64,000 nucleotides of DNA from an uncultured Verrucomicrobiota bacterium (GCA_964466945.1 CAYXPA010000007.1:233-64232), one strand, 5' to 3'; counted from the stretch's first letter, positions 51,601 through 61,521 are shown. Made by a program: numbers and translations. Notes: generated from the letters alone by a model not told the origin.

Positions 51601-52279
51601 AGCGGTAGTGGTAAAAGCCCACCGCGGCCATTTCGATGCGGAAACGGGCCAGTTGCCCCTCGACGACGGTGGTGTTGGTGGGCTGGACGGCGATGACCGG
51701 CGGGCCGAACGACACGCCGTAAGGCACCAGGTTGGTGGCCACGATGGGAGCCTGGTCTGTACCGTCGGGCATGAGCCAGCGCACCGCCAGGTTGTCGCCG
51801 CCGCCGCCCTCCTTCATCAGGGCCGCCACGTAGTACGGCCGGCCGGCGGTCAGCAGGATGGGGGCGGATTGTTGCTGCGGATACTTGCCCCACTCGCGGC
51901 TGGAGGTCCATTCCGGCACCGAGGCGACGAGGCGGATATTGGCCGGGTTTTCGTCCGTGCTCAGGAACAACGCCCCGTTGTCGTCGCTGGCCAGCCAGAA
52001 GGTGTAATTGCCGGTCAGCGGAGGGACGATGTACCCGTGCAGGCGCTGACCGTAGTTGTCCAGCACGTCGGTAGGCGCCTCGAAGAGGTCGGTGACGTAG
52101 TTGGTACTGGTGGGGTTGTTGGGCCAGGCGGGCGAATTGGTCAGCGAGCCCAGGTCGGTCCCGCCGATGCCTTCCCAGACCTCGCGCAAGAGGCCGCGGG
52201 CCGGCGGGGCGGCCCCCGCAGAAAACAGGCTCGTCCACAACACCAACCCGCTCGTCAGCAAGCAATTGAGTCGTTTCAT
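42614..52279 (-). CDS. Giant secreted protein (~3,220 aa): PA14, Ig-like domains, ~8 lamin-tail domains, CotH kinase domain, 4 cadherin-like repeats, C-terminal FYRV domain
   Basis: Signal peptide MKRLNCLL...AGA; YTFWLASDD PA14; repeated I/LNEI/V..(D/E)FVEL.N lamin-tail motifs; DWD..N.FLY..RWDIDFTFG CotH; four N.PP.L..IAD..LTFSL..AP.GA repeats; start at 52279 chosen inside ORF ending at 52477. Confidence 0.88.
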   Translation of the reverse strand: MKRLNCLLTSGLVLWTSLFSAGAAPPARGLLREVWEGIGGTDLGSLTNSPAWPNNPTSTNYVTDLFEAPTDVLDNYGQRLHGYIVPPLTGNYTFWLASDDNGALFLSTDENPANIRLVASVPEWTSSREWGKYPQQQSAPILLTAGRPYYVAALMKEGGGGDNLAVRWLMPDGTDQAPIVATNLVPYGVSFGPPVIAVQPTNTTVVEGQLARFRIEMAAVGFYHYRWLRNGGALLGADGPELVYGPVTLADHNARFRCVVTNELGSATSDEAVLTVLPDTTPPALLGARNLGTNQVEVTYSEPVAAPSATTPANYRLDGGVTISNAAFGATPDVVILTTSPLTLGVTYTLTVNHVKDRAQNANTIPPNSTARFTPVEYLPWDIGNPPLAGAAQPVPGGVDVSGAGDIGGTSDRLQFAWKPLTGDFDLRARLDGVTVSDPFLHAGLMARETTDANARFAAALASSMQLGCFFEARATAGGATTTAAPRGGFRANYPQTWLRLRRQGQTLTGFAGVDGQTWVQLGTQTFSGLSNTLYLGLAVASGNTNSLATARFRELGPAVNPVTVPALAFPCEPLGPSSRATGMIFSEIMYHPAPRADGRNLEFVELYNARSVFEDLSGWRLSGDIAFTFPEGFILQAGELVVVAAAPEDVKAVYGLTNVLGPYTGSLPNDAGRVRLRNNLDAIRLEVNYSDQPPWPAAADGAGHSLVLARPSYGEDDPRAWAASELRGGSPGTPDAWRPTPLSAVVLNEILAHTDDPVLDFVELFNTGAVEVDLSGCILTDDPATNRFRIPAGTRLPARGFLAFDQSQLGFALDSAGETVYLLDPEAARVLDAVRFGPQENGVALGRTPDGAPGWRRLLLPTPGSANTPRRIEPVVINEIMYHPISEDDADEYVELHNVGLTPVDLSGWRFVDGIDFEIPAGTTLPPGGYLVVAADAARLRANYPQLNTANTVGNFSGRLANDGERLALAKPDQLVRTNANGQVTTNTIYITVDEVRYRDGGRWGRWSDGGGSSLERIDPRADPLQPMNWADSDETQKAPWTTVEFTGRLDNGNTSFPANRLRISMLGPGECLVDDVEFFRVGSTNVVRNGGFEEGTLAAPTYWTRTGNHSRSTIDTTGAFSGSRCLHVRAQGDGDTGINSIRNTLATSVAQNQNATIRAKVRWLAGWPEVLFRAQGNWIEFPARMAIPKNLGTPGQVNSRRAANAGPAVSDVTHSPAVPQANEPVVVTCRVSDPDGIGQVRLRYRVDPASTYTTLVMRDDGSSGDAVAGDGVWSAQLTGRAAGNLVAFRVEASDAAASPATSVFPSGEFTEASPGQECLIRWGDPVPFGTFAHYHLWNTQATEQSRTAGLDNTYRDATLVYNTDRVLYNVGFRDKASPWHGGRGDFAVQVPKDDPLLGTDERIFASTGNAGNEPTAIRSQLAAWLHQQQGVPYLHAHYLRLYRNGNMPYNVMEDLEQPDHAYAERWFPDGGAGDLYKVAMWFEFQDDNSQFNAVSATLERFLSGSALKLARYRWTFQRRSNDGTATNYATIFDLVNAANVTGTGYVDGLLTIADMDQWMRTFSCGWIMGDWDMWSYRVGQNMFLYKQPGLRSVLMRWDIDFTFGLGDGATTALWGGQDPVVNRMYDNPAFRRMLWRAYLDAVNGPLLPERFQPQIDARRSVLLKNGITGLSSPSTITSYINSRRGYITNQIRLNDATNFVITTNGGQDYTSTTATTALTGRAPFAVATIEVNGVPYPVTWTDQRSFRLTVPLTQRTNVLALVGKDRRGNPVPGASSSITVTYTGELERPQDFVVLNEVQYNADQPGGDFLELHNRSTTTPFDLSGWRLDGVGYTFPPGAILPPGGFLVLAQDRQAFANLYGQTIPVFDEYPGTLDNGGESLALVRPGASPDQDTVISDVRYDDRLPWPPAADGLGPSLQLLDPALGAWRVGNWTATATNDVNRVTPGRANAARQTLPAFPPVWINEVQPNNLTGPTDASGRHEPWIELYNAGDTAVDLSAFYLTDTYTNLTRWQFPAGTVIGPRQFLRVWADGEPGQSAPGAPHTNFRLAPDTGAVALVRLQGSPAQPAVMDYLDYVLLAADRSYGSYPDGEPRKRRPFHRVTPGAPNDPTMPAIQVTLNEFMAANTTLPDPADGDFDDWFELHNAGNAPVDLSGYTLTDELANPAKYLIPPGSIVPPGGFLLVWADEEGNQTQPGGPLHANFKLSAAGEALGLFAPDGSLVDGFTFGAQTNDVSQGRYPDSGPLPLVTLDRPTPGAPNDLVGGNRPPVLDPIADRTAPELSPLRFTVTASDPDAGQQLTFSLGADAPAGASLEPDTGVFAWTPAEAQGPGEYTFTVRVTDNGTPPRAASRTVTITVSEVNAPPVLDPIADQVADEGFLLAVPLAATDPDLPPQRLTFSLEPGAPEGADIDPEGPALVWTPAEAQGPGVYPITVRVTDDGTPPLSHTRTFRVTVNEVNNPPEMAFIPPQTVEEMDQFTLRLEARDPDAANSPITFSLVRAPAGATLDPLTGLITWPTTEDDGPGNFIFEVRATETLPPHLSTTRVFGVEVLERNQAPELAPLADRQVRAGEILQFTAVATDADRPAQRLTFSLGPGAPVGAVIDPDTGVFTWRAGDDEAGAVYPVTVRVTDNDLRHPLTAARTFAITVLGVPRVVINEIMYSPPAPGAEFVELHNVSTNRTWDLSGWLLTGARYLFPAGTRLEPGGYLVVARNLTAFNSTYGSPTNVLGNYVNELSPDGGVIALYRAATPDPEALVDRVAFRSTPPWPAAAGTGQASLQLIDPRQDNARVANWTAVVQQTTNAPRNLVPIDATWRYWQAAEDPAPGWTNLNYNDSSWPGGKALLYVENAALPAPKNTPLTLGQMSYLFRHTFTFTGNPAGATLSLRPVIDDGAVFYLNGQPIFWLGMTEGVLPDRGDTALRTVSDAAYEGPFDVPVDNLRAGTNVLAVEVHQTNPTSSDIVMGVSVDVIELRREGYTPGYVNSVRGTLEPFPNLWINEVQPVNRTGPRDNAGEADPWLELAHLGAAPLPLAGWYLSDNFSNLTRWAFPAGATLAPGEYKVVWADAQAGQTTGPHWHTLFRLSAPNGVVVLARLQDGQPAVVDFLEYTGLSADQAFGYPEPRGEDTLPQVLATPTPGAANTAAPPPAPQLLGLSVSPTGQVTLRWSTQPGRTYRVEATAALASGVWRNAGQLTATGTEAVLTDTGVGGARTQFYRVVWVP

Positions 52280-52505
52280 GACCAAGGCGAACTGCCCAGA
52301 GCACCCCACCGCCACGCGTTCAGGCCGCGCGTTCAGGCCGGAGGCGTCACGCAGGCGTAACACGCCCCCGCTAAACAGCAAGTCAGAAGCCAGCCCCGTT
52401 GCCTGGTCAGGCCGCACAGTCCAGGAAAACGACCGGCGGCGCGGCGGGTGTTCCGGCTTCCGACTACCTTCGAGCACCTATTTCAAAAAATTCAAAAAAA
52501 AGTTC

Positions 52506-52533
52506 TTGCCTGCCTTGCGAGGGCTGGTATAAA
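52506..52533 (+). promoter_or_regulatory. Putative strong sigma-70 promoter of PEP-CTERM copy 1
   Basis: TTGCCT-N16-TATAAA with TG extension, preceded by A-tracts (UP-element-like). Confidence 0.6.
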
Positions 52534-52621
52534 TGCGCCGTGAATTGGCCCGGGTGGGCCAGTTCGTTTCGGCCGAAACGAAACAACGTAGGGAAAAACC
52601 AAACAACAGAACAACGCCGTT

Positions 52622-53164
52622 ATGAAACACCAACTCAGTCTCGCCGTCGCCCTGGCCCTCGCGGCCGGTGCGATGAGCCATCGGGCGCTGGCCCAAATCC
52701 CCAGCGCGCTTACGCCGTCCCTGACGATGGACCCCATCTGCTTCGACCTGACGATCGGGTACATCCCGTCGGGCAACTACGAAGTGTACTTCGTCCCGGG
52801 CGGCCCCAATGCGTGGGAAATCCGGATTGACTTCAACAGCTTGGTCAGCCCGGCGACCGTTGACGGTTACGCGCAGCATTACGTGGCGCCGCATCCGGGT
52901 GAAGTTGTGCCCAACACTGCGTGGGCGTTTAGCTTCACCACCGCGGTGGTGCCGGACAGCGCGGGCCCGACCGATGTGAAGCATCCGTTGATTCGCGGTG
53001 GCGGTGACCACTTCGACCGGTTCTACGCCGAGATCAGCGCGGTGCCGGGTGGCTACTTGGTCAACGTCTCCGGCTGCCACATTCCCGAGCCGGCGGATTA
53101 CGCCGCGTTGGCCGGGTTGGGCCTGGTGGGCTTCGGCGCCTATCGCCGTTTCCGCAAGGCCTGA
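52622..53164 (+). CDS. PEP-CTERM surface protein, copy 1 (180 aa)
   Basis: Signal peptide ending ALA; C terminus IPEPADYAALAGLGLVGFGAYRRFRKA. Confidence 0.9.
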   Translation: MKHQLSLAVALALAAGAMSHRALAQIPSALTPSLTMDPICFDLTIGYIPSGNYEVYFVPGGPNAWEIRIDFNSLVSPATVDGYAQHYVAPHPGEVVPNTAWAFSFTTAVVPDSAGPTDVKHPLIRGGGDHFDRFYAEISAVPGGYLVNVSGCHIPEPADYAALAGLGLVGFGAYRRFRKA

Positions 53165-53195
53165 ACCTCGGGTCAACAGACCTGAACCCTTCCAC

Positions 53196-53226
53196 GGCGC
53201 GGGCTTCGGCCCGCGCCTTTTGTTTT
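53196..53226 (+). terminator. Intrinsic terminator
   Basis: GGCGCGGGC-TTCG-GCCCGCGCC-TTTTGTTTT. Confidence 0.9.
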
Positions 53227-53318
53227 CAGGAGAACGTTCCATTAGAGGTAGCCGGGAGCCGGCCAGCGGGCGTTCCAAGTGAGGGTTCGGAGAAAAGTCT
53301 TACTTTCTCAAAAAAAGC

Positions 53319-53347
53319 TTGCTGACCCTTGGGCGGCTGCCAAAACT
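53319..53347 (+). promoter_or_regulatory. Putative sigma-70 promoter of PEP-CTERM copy 2
   Basis: A7 tract then TTGCTG-N17-AAAACT; a similar TTGCCT-N17-AAAACT lies at 33527-33555. Confidence 0.45.
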
Positions 53348-53435
53348 AGCCACGTGAATTGGCCCGGGTGGGCCAGTTCGTTTCGGCCGAAACGAAACAA
53401 CGTAGGGAAAAACCAAACAACAGAACAACGCCGTT

Positions 53436-53978
53436 ATGAAACACCAACTCAGTCTCGCCGTCGCCCTGGCCCTCGCGGCCGGTGCGATGAGCCATCGGGC
53501 GCTGGCCCAAATCCCCAGCGCGCTTACGCCGTCCCTGACGATGGACCCCATCTGCTTCGACCTGACGATCGGGTACATCCCGTCGGGCAACTACGAAGTG
53601 TACTTCGTCCCGGGCGGCCCCAATGCGTGGGAAATCCGGATTGACTTCAACAGCTTGGTCAGCCCGGCGACCGTTGACGGTTACGCGCAGCATTACGTGG
53701 CGCCGCATCCGGGTGAAGTTGTGCCCAACACTGCGTGGGCGTTTAGCTTCACCACCGCGGTGGTGCCGGACAGCGCGGGCCCGACCGATGTGAAGCATCC
53801 GTTGATTCGCGGTGGCGGTGACCACTTCGACCGGTTCTACGCCGAGATCAGCGCGGTGCCGGGTGGCTACTTGGTCAACGTCTCCGGCTGCCACATTCCC
53901 GAGCCGGCGGATTACGCCGCGTTGGCCGGGTTGGGCCTGGTGGGCTTCGGCGCCTATCGCCGTTTCCGCAAGGCCTGA
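53436..53978 (+). CDS. PEP-CTERM surface protein, copy 2 (identical protein)
   Basis: Translation identical to 52622..53164. Confidence 0.9.
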   Translation: MKHQLSLAVALALAAGAMSHRALAQIPSALTPSLTMDPICFDLTIGYIPSGNYEVYFVPGGPNAWEIRIDFNSLVSPATVDGYAQHYVAPHPGEVVPNTAWAFSFTTAVVPDSAGPTDVKHPLIRGGGDHFDRFYAEISAVPGGYLVNVSGCHIPEPADYAALAGLGLVGFGAYRRFRKA

Positions 53979-54009
53979 ACCTCGGGTCACCAGACCTGAA
54001 CCCTTCCAC

Positions 54010-54040
54010 GGCGCGGGCTTCGGCCCGCGCCTTTTGTTTT
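54010..54040 (+). terminator. Intrinsic terminator
   Basis: Identical hairpin and T-tract to 53196-53226. Confidence 0.9.
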
Positions 54041-54205
54041 CGGGGGAACGTTCAGCCGCCCCTGGCCCCTCTTTCGCGCGCCTCGCCCGTGGACTTTTGC
54101 TCGCCGGGAACGGCCGCTTCGGCCATGCTTGCGGACCCGGCGCCGAGTCCGGGCGGGCTCTAGCCGGAAACGGACCCGCCCGGCCCGCGCGCCGCCGAAG
54201 AAACG

Positions 54206-56953
<2,748 letters not shown>

Positions 56954-56976
56954 GGCCGTCGCGCGATGCTGACGCC

Positions 56977-57180
56977 ATGCTGCCGGACGAAAAACCCGAT
57001 CCGAGGCAGATCGAAATTTACCGCCGGATGCCCCCGGAAAAGCGGTGGGAGCTGGCGGAGCAACTGTACTGGACGGCCCGGGAACTCAAGGCCAGCGCCC
57101 TGCGCGCCGAACATCCGGACTGGACCGAGGCCCAGGTAGCCGCCGAAGTCCGCCGCCTCTTCCTCCATGCCCGCACCTGA
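56977..57180 (+). CDS. Small helical hypothetical protein (67 aa), antitoxin-like partner of nucleotidyltransferase genes
   Basis: QIEIYRRMPPEKRWELAEQL...ALRAEHPDWTEAQV pattern, recalled as typical of small genes preceding nucleotidyltransferase ORFs. Confidence 0.6.
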   Translation: MLPDEKPDPRQIEIYRRMPPEKRWELAEQLYWTARELKASALRAEHPDWTEAQVAAEVRRLFLHART

Positions 57181-57214
57181 CCTGGCGCTGTTGTTTGTGC
57201 GGCCGATGACCTGA
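57167..57214 (+). pseudogene. Possible 15-codon remnant of a nucleotidyltransferase gene
   Basis: MPAPDLALLFVRPMT* overlaps the upstream stop as a coupled partner would; family resemblance is from recall only. Confidence 0.4.
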
Positions 57215-57257
57215 CCGGCGGCTTGGCGCAGAACACCGCCGCACTGCGAAGTTCTTC

Positions 57258-57671
57258 ATGCCCACCCTTACCTACCGCCTCGGCAATGACCTGGACCTGG
57301 ACGCGGTGATTGACCTGTACCGGGACTCGACCCTGGGCGCGCGCCGCCCCGTGCAGGACCGCGCCCGCATGGCCGCCATGCTCGCCCATGCCAACCTGGT
57401 CGTCTCGGCCTGGGACGGCCCGCACCTGGTCGGCCTGGCCCGCAGCCTGAGCGACTTCGCCTTTTGCACGTACCTCTCCGACCTGGTCGTGCGCGCCAGC
57501 CACCAACGCCGCGGCATCGGCCGCGAACTCCTGCGCCGCACCCAACGGGCCGGCGCGCCGGCGCAAATCATCCTGCTGGCGGCGCCCCAGGCGGTGGACT
57601 ACTACCCGCGGGTGGGGTTCACGCACCACCCGCAGGCCTGGGTGCTCGGGCCGGACGAGCCGGTGCGCTGA
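57258..57671 (+). CDS. GNAT family N-acetyltransferase
   Basis: LVGLARSLSDFAFCTYLSDLVV..HQRRGIGRELL acetyl-CoA motif; AVDYYPRVGF. Confidence 0.92.
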   Translation: MPTLTYRLGNDLDLDAVIDLYRDSTLGARRPVQDRARMAAMLAHANLVVSAWDGPHLVGLARSLSDFAFCTYLSDLVVRASHQRRGIGRELLRRTQRAGAPAQIILLAAPQAVDYYPRVGFTHHPQAWVLGPDEPVR

Positions 57672-57770
57672 AAAAGCGCCAGCGTCGCACGGCTTCCCGT
57701 CCCGCCCGCGCGCCACGCGCGTCCTTTGCGTTCGTGACTTTCCCGGCCACCCGGGCAGACTGGGGCTCCG

Positions 57771-59486
57771 ATGAGTCAGAAACCGTTCACCGAACTCGGC
57801 CTTGCCCCGGAACTGCTCCGCGCGCTCGAGCGCATGGGCTTCGAGCAGGCCACGCCCGTCCAGGCCGAGGCCATCCCGCCTCTGCTGGCCGGGCGCGACC
57901 TGGTGGGCCAGTCGCAAACCGGCTCCGGCAAGACCGTGGCCTTCGGCGCGCCCGCCGTGCAGCTCGCCGACCCGCACCAGCGCGCGGTGCAGGCGCTGGT
58001 GCTCTGCCCCACGCGCGAGCTGGCCACGCAAGTGGCGGAGGAAATCGCCAAGCTCGCCCATTTCAAGCGCGGCGTGCGCGAGCTGCCCATCTACGGCGGA
58101 CAAAGCTATGACCGCCAGTTCCGCGGGCTCCAGGCCGGCCCGCAAATCGTCATCGGCACCCCCGGCCGCGTGATGGACCACCTCGAGCGCGGCACCCTGC
58201 GCCTGGACGCCGTGCGGCTGGTGGTGTTGGACGAGGCGGACCGGATGCTCGACATGGGGTTCCGCGAGGACATCGAGCGCATCCTCTCCGCCGTGCCCGC
58301 CGCGCGCCAGACCGTCCTGTTCTCCGCCACGCTGCCCCCGCCCATTCGCCGGTTGGTGACGCAATACACCCGCGACCCGGTGCAGGTGCGCATCACCCCC
58401 GGCCAGGTCACCGTGCCGAGCATCGAGCAGTTCTACGTGGAAGTGGATTGGCGCTCGAAGACCGAAGTGCTCGCCCGGCTGATTGATCTGCACGACGTAC
58501 GGTATGGCCTCGTCTTCGGCGCGACCAAACTCCAGGTGGACGACCTGCACGAGGCCCTGTTGGCCCGCGGCTACAACGCCGACAAGCTCCACGGCGACAT
58601 GCCCCAGGCCCTGCGCGAGCGCGTGATGCGCCGCTTCCGCGAACGCAAAATCGAATTGCTCGTGGCCACGGACGTCGCCGCGCGCGGCCTGGACGTGGAC
58701 GACCTGGAGGTGGTCTTCAACTACGAACTGCCGCACGACCCCGAGGACTACGTCCACCGCATCGGACGCACCGGCCGGGCCGGCAAGAGCGGCCGCGCCA
58801 TCAGCCTGGTCAGCGGCCGCGAATTCGGCCGGCTGATCCAAATCCAGCGCTTCACCGGCGTGCGCCTTCAGCCGCAACCGGTGCCGCGGGTCGAGGAGCT
58901 CGAAGAAAAATCCGCCGGTCGGCTGGTCGAAATCCTCCGGCGCACGCTCGAAGCAGGCGCCTACAAAAGCCAGGAGGCCCTCTACAACGAGCTGCTCCAA
59001 GCCGGCCACGCCCCCGGCGCCATCGTCTCGGCGCTCATCCACCTGCTTCAGGCCGAGAGCGGGCGAACACCCGAGCGCATCCTCGAGGACGAACCGCGCG
59101 CCGCGCGGCCGGCGGGCCGACTGGCACCACCGCGCGAACCCCAGGGCCGAACCCCGTTCGCGCCGCGCGCCTACGAACGCCCCGGCGCGGGCGGCGACAC
59201 CGTGTGGCTCAAGTTCAACCTCGGCGCCAACGCGGGCGTGCAGCCCGGAGATTTTGTCGGCTGCATCGCCGGCGAGACCGGCCTGCCGCGCGAGGTGGTG
59301 GGCGCCATTCGCGTGCTGCCAGCCGTGACGCTGGTGGAAGTGGCGCGGGCGCACGCGCCGCAGATTCTCGACGCGGTCAACCGCACGCGTCTCAAGGGCC
59401 GCCGCGTGCAGGCCCTGCCCGGCGCGCCTCCGACCGCGCCCGGGCCGCGGCCGTTCCGCCCCGGCCCGCCGTGGCGGCGGCGCTGA
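57771..59486 (+). CDS. deaD: DEAD-box RNA helicase (DeaD/CsdA-like) with DbpA RNA-binding domain
   Basis: Q motif, QTGSGKT, PTRELA, DEAD, SAT, ATDVAARGLD, HRIGRTGR; C-terminal GANAGVQPGDFVGCI. Confidence 0.92.
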   Translation: MSQKPFTELGLAPELLRALERMGFEQATPVQAEAIPPLLAGRDLVGQSQTGSGKTVAFGAPAVQLADPHQRAVQALVLCPTRELATQVAEEIAKLAHFKRGVRELPIYGGQSYDRQFRGLQAGPQIVIGTPGRVMDHLERGTLRLDAVRLVVLDEADRMLDMGFREDIERILSAVPAARQTVLFSATLPPPIRRLVTQYTRDPVQVRITPGQVTVPSIEQFYVEVDWRSKTEVLARLIDLHDVRYGLVFGATKLQVDDLHEALLARGYNADKLHGDMPQALRERVMRRFRERKIELLVATDVAARGLDVDDLEVVFNYELPHDPEDYVHRIGRTGRAGKSGRAISLVSGREFGRLIQIQRFTGVRLQPQPVPRVEELEEKSAGRLVEILRRTLEAGAYKSQEALYNELLQAGHAPGAIVSALIHLLQAESGRTPERILEDEPRAARPAGRLAPPREPQGRTPFAPRAYERPGAGGDTVWLKFNLGANAGVQPGDFVGCIAGETGLPREVVGAIRVLPAVTLVEVARAHAPQILDAVNRTRLKGRRVQALPGAPPTAPGPRPFRPGPPWRRR

Positions 59487-59567
59487 GGCGGGCGGCTGGC
59501 GCGACCTGCGTCCCGGTAGGGGCGACCTCGAAGCAAGAAAACGCGGCCGGAAAAAAGCGCACCCGGC

Positions 59568-60074
59568 TTACCGGGTCCCGGCCGGGAGGACCAGTTGGCG
59601 CTCCAGCGAGTAGGTCTCGTCGGCCACGGTCCATTCGACGCGGACGCGCCAGAGGCCGGGGGCCAGGTCGCGGGCGTCCAGTTCCTGGCGGCCTTCGGCG
59701 TCGGGCGCCAGTGCCACGCGGCGGTCCGCGCTGGCCGCGGCGGGGCGGTAAAGGTGGATGGCGCCCGCGGGCCGCAACGCCGCGTGGCGCGGGGGCAGGG
59801 TCACGCGAATGCGGCGCGCGGCTTCATCGAGGGTGACCGCGGCCTCCGCGCCCAGGGCCGCGGTGCGGGCGCGGCTGTCGTAGGTCTGCTGGTAACGCAG
59901 TTCCTGCTCGTAGTAGTCGGCGGTGACCAGCTCCGGGCGGTGGAACGCGGCCAGCACGATCAGTCCCGCGGTGCCGGCGATGAACAGGACAAAGGCCGCC
60001 ACGATGCCGTAGGGCCAGAGGTTGCGGCCCGGAACGCGGGGTTCGGATGCGGGGACTTTAGCGGGCGCGGTCAT
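59568..60074 (-). CDS. fixH: FixH/CcoH family protein
   Basis: N-terminal TM, LVTADYYEQELRYQ, HLYRPA..D, GLWRVRVEW; follows ccoG. Confidence 0.85.
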   Translation of the reverse strand: MTAPAKVPASEPRVPGRNLWPYGIVAAFVLFIAGTAGLIVLAAFHRPELVTADYYEQELRYQQTYDSRARTAALGAEAAVTLDEAARRIRVTLPPRHAALRPAGAIHLYRPAAASADRRVALAPDAEGRQELDARDLAPGLWRVRVEWTVADETYSLERQLVLPAGTR

Positions 60075-61521
60075 TGCGGGGGCCGATGAAGCCGGTCTTG
60101 ACCCGGTCCAGTCGGCGACCGTTCGAGTAGAGGGACACCACGACCTCGCGCCGGCCGCGGGCGACCTCGGGTTCGAGCTCGACGATGACCGAGCTTTGGA
60201 GGAGCCGGCCGGCGGGCACGGTCAGGGGCGCGCCGGCCACGGTGAGCCGGCCCGGGGGCTCTTCCAGGCGGAGCTCGACGGGCAGGTCGTGGTTGGCCTT
60301 GTTGACGAGTTTGAGGATGTAGAGGTTGCTGATGCGGCCTTCCGGGGTCTGCTGGAAAAGGGCCCCGGGCGCGCGCAGCAGCGTGGCGTCCACCGCGGAG
60401 CGGGTGAAGAGCACAGCGGTGAGCAGGCCGCCCAGCAGGAGCAGGACGGCCACGTAACCCAGGATGCGCGGGGTCACGCGCAGGGGCTGGCCCTTTTCGA
60501 TGCCGTTGAGGGAGGCGTAACGGATGAGGCCGCGCGGCCGGCCGATCCGGGTCATGATCTCGTCGCAGGCGTCCATGCAGGCGGTGCAGTGGACGCATTC
60601 CATCTGGGTGCCGTTGCGGATGTCTATGCCGGTGGGGCAGACGGCCACGCACTGGCGGCAGTCTATGCAGTCGCCCGCGCCGCGGGCCGCGCGGGCGGCG
60701 AAGGTTTCGCCGCGGTGGAGGTGGTCGCGCTTTTCGCCCCGCTTGTAATCGTAGGCGACCACGATGGTGTTTTCGTCAATGAGCGTGGACTGGAAGCGGC
60801 CGTAGGGGCAGATGAAGGTGCAGGCTTGTTCGCGGAACCGGGCAAAGATGAGGTAAAAGACCAGCGTGAACAGGAGCATGAAGGTCAGCCCGGTCAGGTG
60901 GTGGGCCGGGGAGTCGGTGATGATGCGCAAGAGCGCGTCCGAGCCGATGATGTAGGCCAGGAGGGTGTTGCCGATGACGAAGGACAGCCCGAAGAACAGG
61001 CCGTGCTTGAGGAGTTTCTTGCCGAGCTTGCGGGCGGTCCACGGCGCGGTGGCCAGGGCGCGCTGCGCGGCCACATCGCCTTCGATCCAGTATTCGAGGC
61101 GGCGGAAGACCATTTCCATGAGCACGGTCTGGGGGCAGGTCCAGCCGCACCACAAGCGCCCAAAGGCGGCGGTGAACACGGCGATGCCGGTGATGAACAG
61201 GAGCAGGCTCAGCGCCAGCACGAAGCCGTCCTGGGGCCAGAAGACCTGGCCGAGCACAGAGAACTTGCGCTCGACCACGTTGACCAGGAGCAGCGGATTG
61301 CCCTGGATGCGGATGAACGGGCCCGCGAACATAATGGCCAGCAGGACGTAGCTGACCCACTTGCGCGCGGTGTAATAGCGGCCGCGCGGTTGCTTGGCGT
61401 AAATCCACAGCCGCCGCCCCTCCTTGTCCGCCGTGGCCAGGTGGTCGCGGAAATCCTGCCAGTCCACCTCGCGGACGGGGCCGCCGGGCGGTGGCTGGGT
61501 GGGAGGAGGCGCAGCACTCAC
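60058..61521 (-). CDS. ccoG: Cytochrome c oxidase accessory protein CcoG (FixG)
   Basis: GRLWCGWTCPQT, REQACTFICPYGRFQ, CIDCRQCVAVCPTGIDIRNG..CVHCTACMDAC. Confidence 0.95.
   Translation of the reverse strand: MSAAPPPTQPPPGGPVREVDWQDFRDHLATADKEGRRLWIYAKQPRGRYYTARKWVSYVLLAIMFAGPFIRIQGNPLLLVNVVERKFSVLGQVFWPQDGFVLALSLLLFITGIAVFTAAFGRLWCGWTCPQTVLMEMVFRRLEYWIEGDVAAQRALATAPWTARKLGKKLLKHGLFFGLSFVIGNTLLAYIIGSDALLRIITDSPAHHLTGLTFMLLFTLVFYLIFARFREQACTFICPYGRFQSTLIDENTIVVAYDYKRGEKRDHLHRGETFAARAARGAGDCIDCRQCVAVCPTGIDIRNGTQMECVHCTACMDACDEIMTRIGRPRGLIRYASLNGIEKGQPLRVTPRILGYVAVLLLLGGLLTAVLFTRSAVDATLLRAPGALFQQTPEGRISNLYILKLVNKANHDLPVELRLEEPPGRLTVAGAPLTVPAGRLLQSSVIVELEPEVARGRREVVVSLYSNGRRLDRVKTGFIGPRNDRAR

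Larger units (their letters stand above)
52539..54053 (+). repeat. Direct repeat of ~700 bp (52539-53239 and 53353-54053), period 814 bp
   Basis: 5' UTR, CDS and terminator near-identical; only a few differences seen, all downstream of the stop; flanks unrelated. Confidence 0.95.

Noticed and set aside
52539-54053. Duplication as a pure assembly artefact
   Set aside because: The 114-bp spacer and both upstream regions are unique and the 3' flanks differ at a few positions; long-read confirmation is still advisable
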